A program made the translations under genes and the position numbers. A stretch of DNA of 64,000 bases from Tubulanus polymorphus (Eukaryota; Animalia; Nemertea): contig NC_134025.1 of NCBI RefSeq assembly GCF_964204645.1, forward strand, positions 23,788,299 to 23,852,298. The letters are read 5' to 3'. The notes under the pieces are model-generated. The model made no database searches and had not been told where the DNA came from. It worked only from the letters and a program-made list of their open reading frames with translations. The number at the start of each line of letters is the position of its first letter. The stretch's first letter is position 1. Below are positions 61,901 to 64,000 of this stretch, in pieces.

Positions 61901-63617
61901 TTTTTTGTTGCGTAAAAGTAGAAATGTGATACGCGATTGGAATTCAACTTTTTTCCGTAAACTTCGAATAAAACTGATGAAAAATTGAGTCACGTTAGTT
62001 AGAAAAGTGGAAATAATGACAAATTAGTGATAAACCGTAGCACATTATTAGCAGATGGTAGAGATGAATTAATTTAATGACGAAACTCCGTACAGCGAAT
62101 GTAATACAGAAGCTGACAATGAAATAAATGAAAAACAGGGTTAAAGAGTAATAGTTATGCTGGTAATTTAGACGTGGCTGAATTTTGGAACTGGAATTAT
62201 TGTGGTATCATAAGTTGGACTTTTTTCTGAATTCCGCATATACCATTGTATAGTACTTACATGTGTAATTTTTGCTTGTGTTATTTTTTCGAGAGTTCAA
62301 TATCACCATTCTGATTCATTCTCCTTCATAACGAAGAGAATTATTTTCATTTTTTTTCCGCGATTTCGATTATAGTTTCCTCATCGGGCGCGAGAAGAAT
62401 CCGGAAAAGAGCGAGGTCGCGCGACTCATACAACAATCGCTCGATCAGGACAAACAACGTCAGGTGGTGCGACGCCGCGAGCAAGAACGTCAACATGAAA
62501 TACGTCAGGAACTCCGTCGTGAAGAAGAGGAACTACAGCAAAAACAACAACTACAACAGGAACAACAGGAACGATTAGAAATGGAGCGAGAAGCTAGCGA
62601 GGTACACGTTAAAACTATTCTTCTGTACTCTTTAGAAATTGAGAAAGTTCTCCTGAATTCAAGTCGGTAAACCACTTCCTCTTTGAAGTTTCCAATTTTC
62701 CCATCACAAGATCCTCAATATCTGTCCTACTAGTAACTATACACTGCAATCATCACCAGTGGTTATCTTGGAAAACTGTTCAAGTCAATAGGTTTTAATA
62801 AGATTCAGTTTCCCTGATCATCAATTGGTAATTCAAAAATTTGAAAAAAACTTAGCCAACAAACTATTGCGTTCCTTTTTCATCCATTGGCTGTCCTTGA
62901 AAGTCCAGTTATTTTTGGAAGTTTTGAAGACGCTTTAATTGAGTGTGGCATGCATGGACCCCTAGTTGTACTAATAGTTCCTATTCATGTTCATCATTGG
63001 GATTATAGATTCGAGAACCAGAAGTTTCACCCGAGGATGCACCCATCGAAAATTCAATGGAGGATATATCGCCGGTTGACGGAGTATCGGGGAACAATAT
63101 TGAGGTTTTCGACCTCGAAGAGAGCAGCAGCGAATCTATCACTCCTGATATGGATGCTCAGGTGCTATTCATCAAGCTCAAAGAGGCGCAATACAAAAAC
63201 GCAGTCGCCGAGGCAGAAGTTGCCAAACTTAAAGCTAGAGTAAGTCATAGTGATATATAGCGAATTTGCTCCCATGTAAAAGCTTCAGAAGTTATCGAGC
63301 AAAATACGTAGCATGTGGCAAAAAATTTCTCAATAAATTTTGCGGTGCTTAATTTCAAATTGGGATCTATGCTACTTCTTATACATATAATATATGATAA
63401 TCGTGCATGTGACATTAATATCTTGCAGCCGCTTACTGCTGTCAGTATGCAATGCATGTACGTTATGAATATATCTATCGAATTGCAGCTTATTTTATTG
63501 GATAATATCGAAGTGCAGAAGAAGAATCTTGAAAAGAAATGCGAGGATTTGTCGAAGAGAATGCGCGATACTGAACTTAATCTGCAGAACTCCACGAAAC
63601 AAATGGCTGAATACCAG
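38833..63617 (+). CDS. PPP1R9A: Neurabin/spinophilin (PP1 regulatory subunit 9) ortholog, 3' end beyond the window
   Basis: Phase-consistent exons 38833-41147, 54148-54275, 56413-56549, 59331-59463, 60212-60332, 61657-61761, 62376-62601, 63009-63239, 63489-63617. Actin-binding, PP1-binding KIRF, PDZ and coiled-coil signatures appear in the canonical order. Co-orthologous to PPP1R9A/B and fly Spn. Confidence 0.93.
44365..45377 (+). CDS. PPP1R9A: Probable alternative first coding exon of neurabin (acidic, MGxxxS start)
   Basis: 338-codon ORF inside the 13-kb intron. Two phase-2 donors (CG|GTATAC at 45311, TG|GTAAGG at 45377) both join exon 54148 in frame. Confidence 0.6.
49925..49957. repeat. 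(TA)n microsatellite
   Basis: Uninterrupted AT dinucleotide run. Confidence 0.95.
54148..54275 (+). CDS. PPP1R9A: Neurabin acidic exon
   Basis: TTTGTAG acceptor; [17 protein letters not shown]...PQEME; G|GTAGGT donor. Phases match both flanking exons. Confidence 0.8.
55359..55601. mobile_element. Palindromic (foldback) MITE
   Basis: GGGGCCAGTTGCACAG...CTGTGCAACTGGGCCCC ends with near full-length internal self-complementarity (TGTTAGATTGGCTAT / ATAGCCAATCTAACA, AACTAAGTTGGT / ACCAACTTAGTT). Confidence 0.8.
56413..56549 (+). CDS. PPP1R9A: Neurabin exon with PP1-docking RVxF motif
   Basis: [20 protein letters not shown]...[10 protein letters not shown]. Confidence 0.92.
59331..59463 (+). CDS. 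PPP1R9A: Neurabin exon (PP1-binding region to PDZ start)
   Basis: [44 protein letters not shown] closely matches the neurabin/spinophilin signature. Confidence 0.96.
60212..60332 (+). CDS. PPP1R9A: Neurabin PDZ exon 1
   Basis: [41 protein letters not shown]. Confidence 0.96.
60428..60751. mobile_element. TIR element flanked by TTAA (piggyBac-like MITE)
   Basis: TTAA..CATCCT..CGG.AGGGATT...CCTG.TGGCATCG versus CGATGCCATCAGG...AATCCCTACCG...AGGATGGGTTAA. Confidence 0.65.
61657..61761 (+). CDS. PPP1R9A: Neurabin PDZ exon 2
   Basis: [34 protein letters not shown]. Confidence 0.95.
62376..62601 (+). CDS. PPP1R9A: Neurabin exon (PDZ end, Q/E-rich helix)
   Basis: [29 protein letters not shown]... 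Confidence 0.9.
62850..62967 (+). mobile_element. Internally deleted relative of the 21812-23083 element
   Basis: Shares CTATTGCGTT, TCCAGTTATTTT.GGAAGTTTTGAAGACGCTT and the terminal GGACCCCTAGTT. Confidence 0.6.
63009..63239 (+). CDS. PPP1R9A: Neurabin exon (coiled-coil start)
   Basis: IEVFDLEE...[25 protein letters not shown] (cf. neurabin KFKELQIKHAVTEAEIQKLK). Donor GTAAGT. Confidence 0.9.
63489..63617 (+). CDS. PPP1R9A: Neurabin coiled-coil exon
   Basis: TTGCAG acceptor; [43 protein letters not shown]; CAG|GTAAAA donor. Confidence 0.85.
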
Positions 63618-63788
63618 GTAAAATGAATGCGCACATTTGCCGATGCATACGTAAGCTTCCAAATATTTAATGGATGACATTAAAAGCATGTCGTGTTGAT
63701 GAGAATGCAGTTCCTTTCAAATTCAGTTCTTTTACTTGATTTGTCCTATGTTTGGGGGTCTTAAAAAAACTATTACTAAGACCATCAG

Positions 63789-63954
63789 AATGTTAGACAT
63801 TGTAGAAACGATTTACTTTCCAGTATCCTAAAAGACAGGGAGGGTCTTTTACAGTCGAAAAGCTCAGATTTAATGTTAGACATTGTAGAAACGATTTACT
63901 TTCCAGTATCCTAAAAGACAGGGAGGGTCTTTTACAGTCGAAAAGCTCAGATTT
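63789..63954. repeat. Perfect 83-bp tandem duplication (intronic)
   Basis: AATGTTAGACATTG...AGCTCAGATTT at 63789 and 63872. Confidence 0.95.
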
Positions 63955-64000
63955 ACATACCGTGCCTCAATATATAACTAGTCATAGGATTTAAGCCTAT

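Overview
This is eukaryotic (invertebrate animal-type) genomic DNA, AT-rich, with GT-AG introns, so most short ORFs in the ORF track are spurious. Four protein-coding loci can be reconstructed by hand. (1) The 5' end of a PTPN14/PTPN21 (Pez)-type FERM phosphatase on the - strand, running off the window start. (2) A divergently transcribed 11-coding-exon + strand gene (3229-14929) encoding SAM - RA - RA (Rau-like) - long disordered linker - PDZ - coiled coil, ending in -CSAV. (3) The terminal exon of an unidentified Cys-rich protein on the - strand (16054-16474). (4) A neurabin/spinophilin gene on the + strand (38833 to beyond the window end), with a probable alternative, myristoylatable first exon in its large intron. 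The most unusual part is the apparently non-coding ~14 kb interval (18.4-32.8 kb). It holds a ~240-bp-arm inverted repeat of a LINE fragment whose mismatches are strongly biased toward G:U wobble pairs on the + strand, a degenerate repeat array, and a duplicated, densely base-paired domain with compensatory substitutions. Together these suggest a long structured + strand non-coding RNA / hairpin-RNA locus; this is inference. Several MITE-like and Helentron-associated repeats are also present. All alignments and counts were done by eye.
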